A stretch of DNA of 64,000 nt from Candidatus Marinacidobacterium sp. (GTDB lineage Bacteria; Acidobacteriota; Vicinamibacteria; Marinacidobacterales; Marinacidobacteraceae): NCBI GenBank assembly GCA_965220965.1, contig OZ244852.1, forward strand, positions 160,001-224,000, given 5' to 3'. Of this stretch, positions 28,693 through 37,859 are shown one piece after another. Position numbers and translations under genes: made by a program. The notes under the pieces were generated by a model, which saw only the letters and a program-made list of their open reading frames with translations, had not been told where the DNA came from and ran no database searches. The stretch's first letter is position 1. The number at the start of each line of letters is the position of its first letter.

Positions 28693-30909
28693 TCACGGGT
28701 TCAGCGTCCGGAGGATGAAGTCCGCCATCATGCGGCGGAGGTGGAGCGTCTGGTCCGGGTCCCGGACGCCGTGGCGCTGGCGGGGATAGAGCATGAGCTG
28801 GAACGGCTTGCCCGCCTTCTGCAGGTCGTAGCTGAACTGGATGGTGTTCTGCATGTGGACGTTGTCGTCCATCGCGCCGTGGATCAGGAGCAGCTCGCCG
28901 TGGAGGTCGGCGGCGGTCTCCCGGACCGAGCTCTTCCGGTATCCGGAGGGGTTTTCGTCCGGGGTGCTCATGTAGCGCTCGGTGTAGACCGAGTCGTAGG
29001 CCCGCCAGTCCACCACGCTGCCGCCGGCGATCCCGGCGGCGAAGCGGTCGGACCGGGTCATGGCGACCAGCGTCATGTAGCCCCCGAAACTCCAGCCATC
29101 GATCCCGATCCGGGACGCGTCCACGAAGGGCTGCGCTCCGAGCCAGTCCACCGCGTCCACCAGGTCCTCGAGTTCCTGCTCGCCGAAGTTCCCGTAGACC
29201 GGCCAGGTGGACTCGATCCCCTTGCCGGAAGCGATCCGGTTGTCCACCACGAAGACCACGACCCCCTGTTGCGCCAGGAACTGGAACCACATCGCGCGGA
29301 CGCCGCCCCAGCCGTCGCGCACCTGCGGCGCGTGCGGTCCGCCGTAGACGTGGACCCACGCCGGGTATTCCACCCCCTCGGAGAAGCCGTGCGGCCGGAT
29401 CAGCATCGCCTCGAGTTCGACCCCGTCCCGGGCCGCGACCCGCAGCAGCTCCGGCGGCGAAACCTCGAACCGTTCGAGCGCCGGAACCTCCCCGCCCCCC
29501 ATCGCCCGCACCTCGACGCCGTCGGCGGCGCTCCGAAGCGTCATTCGCGGCGGGCTGTTCAGGTCGTGGGACACCCGGACGAAGTGGCTCACCGGCCCCT
29601 CCGCGGGGAACATCGCCTGGTGGGTTCCGGGCGCCTCGTCGAGAAGCGTCACCCCGGACCCGTCGAGCGCGACCCGCAGCGTGTCCGATCCGAGCGAAGT
29701 CCGGTAGGTCCCGCTGACCCACGCCGCGCCGGCGGCCTCGTCCACCGCGTGGAACCGACGGACTTCGAACCGCCCCTCGGTGAGCGCGCCCACCAGGCCG
29801 CCGTCGGCGTCGTAGCGGTAGAGGTGCTGAAACCCGGTGCGCTCGCTGAGCCAGAGAAACCCCCCGTCCGACAGGAACTTCGGCGGGCCCAGGTTGTTGG
29901 TCCACGGGCCGGCGTCCTCGCGGAGCACCCGGACTGTTTCGCCGGTGCGGGGATCGGCGCGGTGCAGGTCCAGAAATGTCTGCGTCCGGTCCTGGATCTG
30001 GAACCAGAGGTCCCCCTCCGGGCCGAACGCCACATCCACGATCAGCGTCTCCTGCGTTCCGTAACCGGTGGGACGCATCCAGCGGATGTCGCCCCCGGCG
30101 GCCGGGGCCACGCCGAGCCGCACGGTCGGGTTCGGGTCCCCCGCCTTGGGATACGCGTAGACCTCGAGGTCCAGCCGGTAGGGCATATGGTCCACGACGG
30201 TGAACTTCGGGACGGAACTCTCGTCCGTCTCGAGGAAGGCCAGCCGGCTGCCGTCGGGGCTCCACCAGTGGGCGAGGAAGTTGCCGCGGCCGTAGATCTC
30301 CTCCTGGTAGACCCAGTCCAGCTTGCCCCGGAGGAGATCCGGCCCGCCTCCGGTCGTGAGCCGCAGTTCCGCCCCCTCCAGATCCACCACGAACAGGTCG
30401 TTTTCGCGGACGAAGGCGATCCGCGTTCCGTCCGGCGAAAACCGGGCCAGCTCTTCCGGTTCGGGCGTGCGGGTCAGACGCGTGAGCCGCGAAGCGGCGG
30501 CGTCCCAGAGAAACAGGTCCGATGCGGCCTCCAGCAGGAAGCGGCCGCCGTCGGGCGAGAGGTTCAGGGCGCCGGGGCGGGCCAGCCGGGCCGCTTCGCC
30601 GGCGTCCATCGCGAGGTCGGACGCCAGCGCGGCGGCGAGCGCCTCTGCGTCGTAGAGCGGCCGGGAGTCTCCGGTGACCGCCTCCACGACGGTCCAGCTT
30701 CGGTCGGCGCCCTCACCGGCCCCGCTCACCAGGTGGGTTCCACCGGCAAGCCAGCGCACCGAGGGCAGATCGGGGGAAAAGTCGAGGGGGTCCGGTCCGT
30801 AGAGATGCGGCAGCTCGATGCGCTCGCCCGTCTGCGCCGCGGCCGGCGATCCGGGAAGGACGACGGCGAGGATGAGGGCGGCGGGAATCCCGGAACGCAT
30901 GCGGACCAC
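28693..30909 (-). CDS. Dipeptidyl peptidase IV (S9B family)
   Basis: DWVYQEE, WWSPDG, YPKAG, GWSFGG catalytic Ser, HGAMDDNVH. Confidence 0.95.
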   Translation of the reverse strand: MVRMRSGIPAALILAVVLPGSPAAAQTGERIELPHLYGPDPLDFSPDLPSVRWLAGGTHLVSGAGEGADRSWTVVEAVTGDSRPLYDAEALAAALASDLAMDAGEAARLARPGALNLSPDGGRFLLEAASDLFLWDAAASRLTRLTRTPEPEELARFSPDGTRIAFVRENDLFVVDLEGAELRLTTGGGPDLLRGKLDWVYQEEIYGRGNFLAHWWSPDGSRLAFLETDESSVPKFTVVDHMPYRLDLEVYAYPKAGDPNPTVRLGVAPAAGGDIRWMRPTGYGTQETLIVDVAFGPEGDLWFQIQDRTQTFLDLHRADPRTGETVRVLREDAGPWTNNLGPPKFLSDGGFLWLSERTGFQHLYRYDADGGLVGALTEGRFEVRRFHAVDEAAGAAWVSGTYRTSLGSDTLRVALDGSGVTLLDEAPGTHQAMFPAEGPVSHFVRVSHDLNSPPRMTLRSAADGVEVRAMGGGEVPALERFEVSPPELLRVAARDGVELEAMLIRPHGFSEGVEYPAWVHVYGGPHAPQVRDGWGGVRAMWFQFLAQQGVVVFVVDNRIASGKGIESTWPVYGNFGEQELEDLVDAVDWLGAQPFVDASRIGIDGWSFGGYMTLVAMTRSDRFAAGIAGGSVVDWRAYDSVYTERYMSTPDENPSGYRKSSVRETAADLHGELLLIHGAMDDNVHMQNTIQFSYDLQKAGKPFQLMLYPRQRHGVRDPDQTLHLRRMMADFILRTLNP

Positions 30910-30995
30910 CTCGGCGGGAAAGAACGGCTCGAAGAGTACAGGGCCGCGTCCCCGCAGGGCTTCGGTAGGATCCGCCGGCCGGAGGAACCACGCCG

Positions 30996-32288
30996 ATGTC
31001 GCGAGCCGCCCCGCCCACCCTGACCGCCGTCGCGGCGCTGCTGCTGGCGGCCCCCGCCGCTGCGCAGGAGGTCATCGTCCTGCGCGCCGACCGGCTCGTC
31101 ATCGGGACCGACGCCCCGGTCATGCTCGATCCGGTCGTGGTGATCGAAGGGGAACGCATCACCGGCGTCGGGCCCGGCGGAGCGATCCCTGTTCCACGGG
31201 AGGCGGAAGAGATCGTGCTCGAGGGCTACACGCTCCTCCCCGGCCTCTTCGACACCCACGTCCATCTCGGCGGGATCCCGGGAGACGGCGGGGACACGCA
31301 GAAGATGCGCGAGACGGTGGCCCACGAAGCGATCTACGCGGTGGCTCACGCGAAAACCACGCTCGAGCATGGCTTCACCAGCGTTCGGAACATCGGCGCG
31401 GGCAACTACCACGACGCCGCGCTCCGCGACATGATCGAGCGGGGCATCGTCCCCGGGCCGCGGGTCCAGGCGGCGACCTGGGGCGTGGGGTCGACCGGGG
31501 GCCACGCCGACATCAACGGCTGGAACCCGGATGTCCCGACTCCCGGATACGCGATGATCGCCGACGGCGAGGACGCGCTCCGCCGGGCCGTGCGCTACCA
31601 GGTCAAGTACGGCGCCGACGTGATCAAGGTCACCGCCTCCGGAGGCGTGCTCTCCCAGGGGGACGCCATCGAGGACCAGGCCTACACGCTCGACGAGCTC
31701 CGCGCGATCGTCGAGACGGCGAACATGCTCCACACCCCGGTCGCCGCCCACGCGCACTCCCCGGCCGCGATGAACGACGCGATCCGGGCGGGGGTCGTGA
31801 GCATCGAGCACGGCACGCTGATCGACGACGAGGGGATCCGGCTCGCGAAGGAGCATGGGACCTTCATCGTGCCGACGCTCTACACGCTCGACTTCATCAT
31901 CGAGGAAGGCGCGGAGAGCGGCGTTCCCGAGGAGTCGATCCAGAAGGCCCGCGACATCGCGGTCCAGCAGCGGGAGCGTCTCTCGGCGGCGTTCCACGCC
32001 GGGGTGAAGTTCGCCTACGGAACCGACGCCGCGGTGTTCCCGCACGGGCGGAACGCCCGCGACTTCGCGATCATGGTGGACGAAATGGACATCTCCCCGA
32101 TGGACGCCATCCGGACCGCCACGATGAACGCGGCGGAGCTGCTGGGCTGGGAGGCCGACCTCGGGTCGGTGGAAGACGGCAAGCTGGCCGACATCATCGC
32201 GGTCGAGGGCAACCCGCTGGATGACATCCGTCGTCTCGAAGAGGTCGCCTTCGTGATGAAGGGCGGCGAGATCTACAAGCGGCCCTGA
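30996..32288 (+). CDS. Secreted amidohydrolase family protein (Xaa-Pro dipeptidase-like)
   Basis: PGLFDTHVH, GADVIKVTASGG, AAHAH, SIEHG, GTDA, GKLADIIAV. Confidence 0.92.
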   Translation: MSRAAPPTLTAVAALLLAAPAAAQEVIVLRADRLVIGTDAPVMLDPVVVIEGERITGVGPGGAIPVPREAEEIVLEGYTLLPGLFDTHVHLGGIPGDGGDTQKMRETVAHEAIYAVAHAKTTLEHGFTSVRNIGAGNYHDAALRDMIERGIVPGPRVQAATWGVGSTGGHADINGWNPDVPTPGYAMIADGEDALRRAVRYQVKYGADVIKVTASGGVLSQGDAIEDQAYTLDELRAIVETANMLHTPVAAHAHSPAAMNDAIRAGVVSIEHGTLIDDEGIRLAKEHGTFIVPTLYTLDFIIEEGAESGVPEESIQKARDIAVQQRERLSAAFHAGVKFAYGTDAAVFPHGRNARDFAIMVDEMDISPMDAIRTATMNAAELLGWEADLGSVEDGKLADIIAVEGNPLDDIRRLEEVAFVMKGGEIYKRP

Positions 32289-32313
32289 CGCCGATACGCC
32301 TGCCGGCGACGCC

Positions 32314-33756
32314 TCAGCCGAGTCCGTCGAGGAACCGGCGGAGGAGGTCCAGCATCTCGTCGATGTGGCTCGCGTGGGTGCGGAAGATGCCGATGGAGGG
32401 GCGCATCCAGAAACGGTCGTCCAGATAGGTCGCGGTGAAGAAGATCCGCCCGTCGTCGTGGAAGCGCCGCAGCAGCCGCCGGTTCGCCTCGTCCGTCTCT
32501 TCCGGGCCCAGCCCCGCCGGGGTCCACCGGAAGCACATCGTGGAGAGCTCCGGCGCCGGCCCGACCTCGATCTCCGGCCAGCCGCCCAGCGTCTCCTGGA
32601 GGTAGCGGGCGAGAAGCCACTTCTCCTCGAGCGCGGCCGCGAAGGCGTCCACCCCGTAGAGCGCGAGCGGCAGGAACATCCGCATCGCGCGGAAGTGCCG
32701 CGTCAGTTCGATCGAGCATTCGGACGGCGAGGGCTCGGGCTGGGGGCCGTCCACCAGGTAGGCGGCGCCGAAGCGGAAGGTCTCCAGATGCGCCGCGTTC
32801 CGCAGGACGACCGCCCCGATCCCGTAGGGCAGGAACAGGCTCTTGTGCGGGTCGAGGACGACCGAGTCCGCCCGTTCGATGCCCCGGAAGACCTCTCTCC
32901 GATCCGGGACGAGGAGAAAGAAGCCCCCGTAGGCGGCGTCCACGTGGTGCCAGAGCCCTTCGGCGTCGGCGATGTCCTGGACCGCTCCCATCGGATCCAC
33001 CGCCCCGGTGTTCGTCGTCCCGGCGGATGTCACGACGAGCCACGGATCGAGGCCTTCGGAGCGGTCCGCCGCCACCTGGCGGGCCAGCGATCCGGGGTCC
33101 ATCCGGTAGCCGGCGTCCACCGCCACTGTCCGGATCGGGGCCTCGCCCAGCCCCGCCAGATGCACCGCCTTCCGGACCGAATAGTGCTCCTGGTCCGATA
33201 CGTAGACGACCGCCCGCGGAAAGTCCCGGGCGCGCAGTCCCCGGGCCTCCCGGGCGGCGATGATCGCGGTGAGCCCCGCGACGCTCCCGCCGGAGGTCAG
33301 GGTTCCGCCGAACCCGTCGGGGTAGCCGACGACCCGGCCGATCCAGTCCACCATCCGGTTCTCGAGGATGGCGGCCCCCGGCGAGGCCGGGAAGTAACCG
33401 GCGTACTCGTTGCCGACGGCGGCCAGGTAGTCCCCGAGCGAAGACGCATAGATCCCGCCTCCCGGAACCCAGCCGAGATCGCGCGGCGAGGCCGGGTTCA
33501 GCCCCTGCTGCTCGACCTCGCGGCGCACGAGGTCCAGGATCTCGTCGACGGGGCGCCCGGTCCCGCCGATCTCGAGGCCGGCGATCCCGGGCGAGCCCGT
33601 CGGGGGATACCACGAGGGCCCGTCCCGGAGCGCCTCCACGAACCGGTCGCCGTGCCCCATCACGGCGCGGGTCAGCTCGCGGCGGGCGTCCCGACCCGGC
33701 TCCAGCGCGGCGGAGCGGCGCCGCAGTTCCTCGGCGCGGTCGCGCAGCGCGCTCAT
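32314..33756 (-). CDS. PLP-dependent group II (aromatic-L-amino-acid-type) decarboxylase
   Basis: TSGGS, HYSVRKA, AGTTNTGAVD, HVDAAYGG, DPHK (PLP lysine). Start at MSALRD, overlapping the upstream stop. Confidence 0.92.
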   Translation of the reverse strand: MSALRDRAEELRRRSAALEPGRDARRELTRAVMGHGDRFVEALRDGPSWYPPTGSPGIAGLEIGGTGRPVDEILDLVRREVEQQGLNPASPRDLGWVPGGGIYASSLGDYLAAVGNEYAGYFPASPGAAILENRMVDWIGRVVGYPDGFGGTLTSGGSVAGLTAIIAAREARGLRARDFPRAVVYVSDQEHYSVRKAVHLAGLGEAPIRTVAVDAGYRMDPGSLARQVAADRSEGLDPWLVVTSAGTTNTGAVDPMGAVQDIADAEGLWHHVDAAYGGFFLLVPDRREVFRGIERADSVVLDPHKSLFLPYGIGAVVLRNAAHLETFRFGAAYLVDGPQPEPSPSECSIELTRHFRAMRMFLPLALYGVDAFAAALEEKWLLARYLQETLGGWPEIEVGPAPELSTMCFRWTPAGLGPEETDEANRRLLRRFHDDGRIFFTATYLDDRFWMRPSIGIFRTHASHIDEMLDLLRRFLDGLG

Positions 33757-35183
33757 GACTCCGTCGCGGCGGGGCGTTCCAGCCGGGCGCCCAGCAGGTA
33801 GCCGAGCAGGCTCAGCGCGGTGAGTCCGACCGCCGGCGGCGTCGGCAAGCCGGCGGGAAGGAGAAACGGCTCGAAGAACCACTCCCAGCCGAGTCCGGCG
33901 TGAAGGGCCCAGGGCAACGCGCCTCCCCCCATCGCGCCGAGCGCGGCGGCGCCGCCTCCGGAGCGGGTGAAGAGGCCGAGCGACAACGGGACGAAGAGTC
34001 CGACGAGGGTGAGTTCGTACGCGTCCTCGAGCAGCGCCCAGGCGCCGGATCCCCGGAACGCGTAGAGAAGACTCGCGCCCCCGACGACGGCCACCGACAG
34101 GCGGCTGAGCCGCAACGGAGACGCCCTGGGAAAGCCGCGCCGCAAGAGGTTCTGCGCCAGGACGGAGGCCGCCGATACTAGCGCGCTGTCCACGGTCGAA
34201 AGCGCGGCGGAAATGACGACCAGAACGAGCCCGAGCGCGGCCAGCGGGCTGAACAGGGCGGAGGTCAGGGCGCCCAGCAGGTCGGCGCCGGACGCTGCCG
34301 GGAGCAGCAGCGGGGCGGCGAGCCCCAGCCCGACCGGGATGAACCCGAGCGCCAGGTAGAGGCCGCCCGACAGCAGGCAGGCGCGCCGCGCGGTTCGCGC
34401 CGAGTTCGAGGCGAACACCCGCTGCAGAACGTCCTGGCCCGGGATGTTCCCGAGCGCTCCGGTGAGGAGGAGGCCGCACCACGCGAGCAGCATCGTGGGC
34501 TCCTCCGGGATGAGCGTGAGCCGGTCCGCCGGCGTCTCCGCCCCGAGCCGGGCGATTCCCGCCAGGAAGGAGCCGCCGCCGAGCGCCGCCATCGCCGAGA
34601 TTCCCAGCGCCAGCAGGCCGAACGCCACGACCGGCATCTGGACGGCGTCGGTGAGGGTCACCGACCACATGCCGCCGATCAGGGTGTAGCCCACGGCGAC
34701 GCCGGCGACGAGGAGCAGCGCCGCGGTCTGCGGGATCCCGAACAGGTTCCCGAGCAGGGAGGCGAGCACCAGGAACTGCGCCGCGATCCACCCGAAGTAA
34801 CTCGGGACCAGGATGATCGCGGAGACGAGTTCGGCGCGGCGTCCGAACCGCCGGGCGAAGAAGTCCCCGAGGGTGAGGATCCGGAGCCGGCGCAGCGGAG
34901 CGGCGTAGAACAGTCCCACCAGCACCAGGCAGATCCCCGGGCCGATCGGCTCGAGCGCCGCGGCGCTGAGTCCCGTGTCGCGGACTTCCTCCGCCGAGGC
35001 GAGAAGGGTCCCGGCGCCGAACCAGGTGGCGAGGAGGCTGAGCGTGGCCAGCCGGGTCGAGAGCCGGCGGCCGGCGACGATGTAGTCCTCGACGGTCCGG
35101 ACCCGGCGGCGGGCGACCGCGGCGAGGACGAAGAGCGCGGCGGCGTAGGCCATCAGGGCCGGAGCGGCGAGGGCGACGGTCAC
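33753..35183 (-). CDS. Sodium:solute symporter family protein
   Basis: DYIVAGR, ATWFGAG, YTLIGGMWSVTLTDAVQ, QDVLQRVFA, SAALSTVDS. Confidence 0.92.
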   Translation of the reverse strand: MTVALAAPALMAYAAALFVLAAVARRRVRTVEDYIVAGRRLSTRLATLSLLATWFGAGTLLASAEEVRDTGLSAAALEPIGPGICLVLVGLFYAAPLRRLRILTLGDFFARRFGRRAELVSAIILVPSYFGWIAAQFLVLASLLGNLFGIPQTAALLLVAGVAVGYTLIGGMWSVTLTDAVQMPVVAFGLLALGISAMAALGGGSFLAGIARLGAETPADRLTLIPEEPTMLLAWCGLLLTGALGNIPGQDVLQRVFASNSARTARRACLLSGGLYLALGFIPVGLGLAAPLLLPAASGADLLGALTSALFSPLAALGLVLVVISAALSTVDSALVSAASVLAQNLLRRGFPRASPLRLSRLSVAVVGGASLLYAFRGSGAWALLEDAYELTLVGLFVPLSLGLFTRSGGGAAALGAMGGGALPWALHAGLGWEWFFEPFLLPAGLPTPPAVGLTALSLLGYLLGARLERPAATES

Positions 35184-35237
35184 CGGTCCGACGACTCCTC
35201 CCCGAGCGCCGTTACCGCGCGGGCGATCGGATCCCGC

Positions 35238-36683
35238 TTACTTTCGGGACCGGTCGGAGCCGCCATGGAGCCGGGCGACGGCCTCGCCCATCGCGGCGGA
35301 GTCCGGTCGACCGCGCCACCCGAACCCCAGCATCGCCGCGAGGCTCAGAGGGAGCGCCGCGACGATGGGCTCCACCCGGACCGGGAGCGCGCCGCCGAAC
35401 AGCAGCAGGAGGACGTAGACGCCCGATCCGGTGACCAGCGCCGCCACGCCGCCGGCCAGATTCGCCCGCCGCCACCAGAGGCCGAACACCACCGGGACGA
35501 AGAGGCCGGCGGAGAGCAGCCCCACCCCCGCGGTGTAGAAGCGGGTGAGCAGCTCGGGGGGAGACCACGCCCAGACGAGCGCCGCGGCCCCCACGATCCA
35601 TGTCGCGGCGAGCCGGACGACGGCCTGCGTGCGGGCGCTCCGGCGGCCGAGCACGCCTCCCAGCAGGTCGTGGGTCACCGCGGAGCTGACCGCCAGCAGG
35701 AAGGCGTCGGTGGTGGACATGACCGCCGCCAGCACGGCGGCGACGGCGAGCCCCCGGAGCAGCGGCGGGAAGTGCTCGCCCACCACGCGGAGGAACACTT
35801 CGTCCGGGTCGGTCAGCCCGGGGAACTCGAGGACTCCCACCGGAGCGATGATCAGGATCGCCGCGAGGATCATGACGCCGTAGCCGGCGGTGGCGAGGTT
35901 CAGCGACAGGCGCGCGCTCTCGGGGTTCCGGGCGGTCGAGACCCGCATGACGATGTGGGGGATCACCGGAATCGCCGTGGCCCAGATGAGGAAATAGCTG
36001 AGGTAGCCGGAGCCCCCGGCCGGTAGTTGTCCGAAGGCGGGGACGGCGGCGGTGGCCTCGCCGAGCGCCGCGAACGGAGAGCCGGAGGCGAGCGCGAGGA
36101 GAACGGCGGTCGCCCCCATGAGCAGGAACAGCAGCGCGCCCTGGAGGACATCGGTCACGGTCACCGCGACCATCCCGCCGAAGGACACGTAGAGCACGAA
36201 GACGACCGTCGCCCAGGTGATCGCGGTGCGGTAGTCGAGCCCCAGCAACGCCTCGGCGGTGATCCCGGCGGCCTTCATCTGCGAGACCATGTAGACCGTC
36301 AGCGAGATGATGATCAGCGTCGGGACGAGTCCCCGGACCACCGCGTGGGGGTAACGGAAGACGAGGAAGTCGGTGATCGTGAATTTGCCCAGCCGCCGCA
36401 GCGGACCCGCGACCAGAATCGTCGCCAGCGGGAATCCGAGAACCGCGCCGGCGAACAGCGCCAGGGTCGCGGGGATGCCGTCGCGATAGGCGAGTCCCAC
36501 AACGCCCACCAGCGAGCCGCCGCTCGCGAGCGCCGCCAGGATGGCGAGCGCGTTCACCCAGGCCCCGACGCGCCTCCCCGCGACCCAGTACTCGTCGGCC
36601 GATCCCAGGACCCGGCGGCTCGCCAGCGCGCCGACCGCCACGCACACCACGAGGTAGGCGAGGACGAGCCAGCGCTCGATCAC
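35238..36683 (-). CDS. Sodium:solute symporter family protein (ActP/PutP-like)
   Basis: EYWVAGR, YVSFGGMVAVTVTDVLQG, PHIVMR, AAVMSTTD. GTG start overlaps the upstream small ORF stop. Confidence 0.9.
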   Translation of the reverse strand: MIERWLVLAYLVVCVAVGALASRRVLGSADEYWVAGRRVGAWVNALAILAALASGGSLVGVVGLAYRDGIPATLALFAGAVLGFPLATILVAGPLRRLGKFTITDFLVFRYPHAVVRGLVPTLIIISLTVYMVSQMKAAGITAEALLGLDYRTAITWATVVFVLYVSFGGMVAVTVTDVLQGALLFLLMGATAVLLALASGSPFAALGEATAAVPAFGQLPAGGSGYLSYFLIWATAIPVIPHIVMRVSTARNPESARLSLNLATAGYGVMILAAILIIAPVGVLEFPGLTDPDEVFLRVVGEHFPPLLRGLAVAAVLAAVMSTTDAFLLAVSSAVTHDLLGGVLGRRSARTQAVVRLAATWIVGAAALVWAWSPPELLTRFYTAGVGLLSAGLFVPVVFGLWWRRANLAGGVAALVTGSGVYVLLLLFGGALPVRVEPIVAALPLSLAAMLGFGWRGRPDSAAMGEAVARLHGGSDRSRK

Positions 36684-36907
36684 GTCCGGCTCCGACGGGC
36701 GCGCCGCTCGGCGAAGAGCAGCGACAGCAGCAGGAGCGGCGAGCCCACGAGCAGCGCCGCCATGAACCAGCCGAACAGCGCAACGCCGCCGACTTCGATG
36801 CGGCCGAACACCGGGAGGAACGCCATCGCCGAGAATCCGACGAGCGCCCACAGCGCCCGCCGCTCACGCCGCGGCATGGCGAAGAACTGGTTCGGGCGGT
36901 CTTCCAC
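36680..36907 (-). CDS. Small two-TM membrane protein, probable SSS accessory subunit
   Basis: Two hydrophobic segments separated by IEVGGVALFGWF; coupled to the SSS gene by a GTGA overlap. Confidence 0.7.
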   Translation of the reverse strand: MEDRPNQFFAMPRRERRALWALVGFSAMAFLPVFGRIEVGGVALFGWFMAALLVGSPLLLLSLLFAERRARRSRT

Positions 36908-36979
36908 GATGGCGGTCCGCGGCGCCGGAGTGTACGGGGCCGGGGCCCGCTCGGGTAGGCTGCCGGGCCGTCGGGGCGC

Positions 36980-37798
36980 GTGCGCGTGCGGATCATCACC
37001 TGGAACCTGAACTCGATCCGGACCCGGCGCGCGCGCCTGCTGAAGCTGCTGGAGCGGCATGAGCCCGACGTGCTGTGCCTCCAGGAACTGCGGGCCGAGG
37101 CCGAGGTGTTCCCGTGGCTGCCGGTCGAGGCGGCCGGCTATCACGCTGTTGTCCACGCGCAGGCGGCGCGGAACGGCGTCGCGGTGCTCTCGAAGGAGCG
37201 GGCGGTCGTGCGCCGGCGGGGGCTCCCCCCGTGCGAGCGCCGGGGCGAGGCGCGCCTGCTGGATGTGGAGGTCGCCGGGCTGCGGGTCATCTCCGCCTAT
37301 GTGCCGAACGGCAAGTCGCCGAAGCACCCCGACTGGGCCTACAAGCTGGAATGGCTGGACGCGCTGGCCGCCCATCTGGCCTCCGGGGCCGATCCGGAGC
37401 AGCCGCTGGTCGTCGCCGGCGACTTCAATGTGGCCCCCGCCGACTGCGACGCCGCGACCGCGAACCCCGACGGCGTCCTCTGTCATCCTGACGCCCGCGC
37501 CGCGCTCCGGAGGGTCGCCGCCTGGGGGCTCGCCGACGCGTTCCGGATGGCCTTTCCGGAGGGTCAGGAGTCCGACCGGAACCTCTACACCTGGTGGGAC
37601 TACACCCGGCTCTCCTTCCCCCGGAACGCCGGCGCCCGGATCGACCACCTCTACCTGACCGCGCCCCTGCGTCCGCATCTCCGTAAAGTGTTCGTGGACC
37701 GGGACGAACGGCGACAGAAGAAGGGCCAGGATGTCCCCTCGGATCACGCCCCGCTGATCCTGGATCTGGAGCTCCCCGCGCGACCTTCCGGCGGTTGA
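36980..37798 (+). CDS. xth: Exodeoxyribonuclease III
   Basis: TWNLNSIR, LCLQE, NGVA, YVPNG, GDFNVAP, YTWWDY, RIDH, SDHAP. Confidence 0.95.
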   Translation: MRVRIITWNLNSIRTRRARLLKLLERHEPDVLCLQELRAEAEVFPWLPVEAAGYHAVVHAQAARNGVAVLSKERAVVRRRGLPPCERRGEARLLDVEVAGLRVISAYVPNGKSPKHPDWAYKLEWLDALAAHLASGADPEQPLVVAGDFNVAPADCDAATANPDGVLCHPDARAALRRVAAWGLADAFRMAFPEGQESDRNLYTWWDYTRLSFPRNAGARIDHLYLTAPLRPHLRKVFVDRDERRQKKGQDVPSDHAPLILDLELPARPSGG

Positions 37799-37859
37799 AC
37801 CGGAGCGCTCCATCGGGTAGGATGGGAGCCCAAATACGGAGACCGGCATCGGGGGGCCA

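Noticed and set aside
32314-34791. Extended N-termini in the ORF track (825-aa decarboxylase; similarly DUF885, trkH, lhgO, rimK)
   Set aside because: The extensions overlap neighbouring genes out of frame; shorter starts with overlaps, RBS or -10 boxes fit better.
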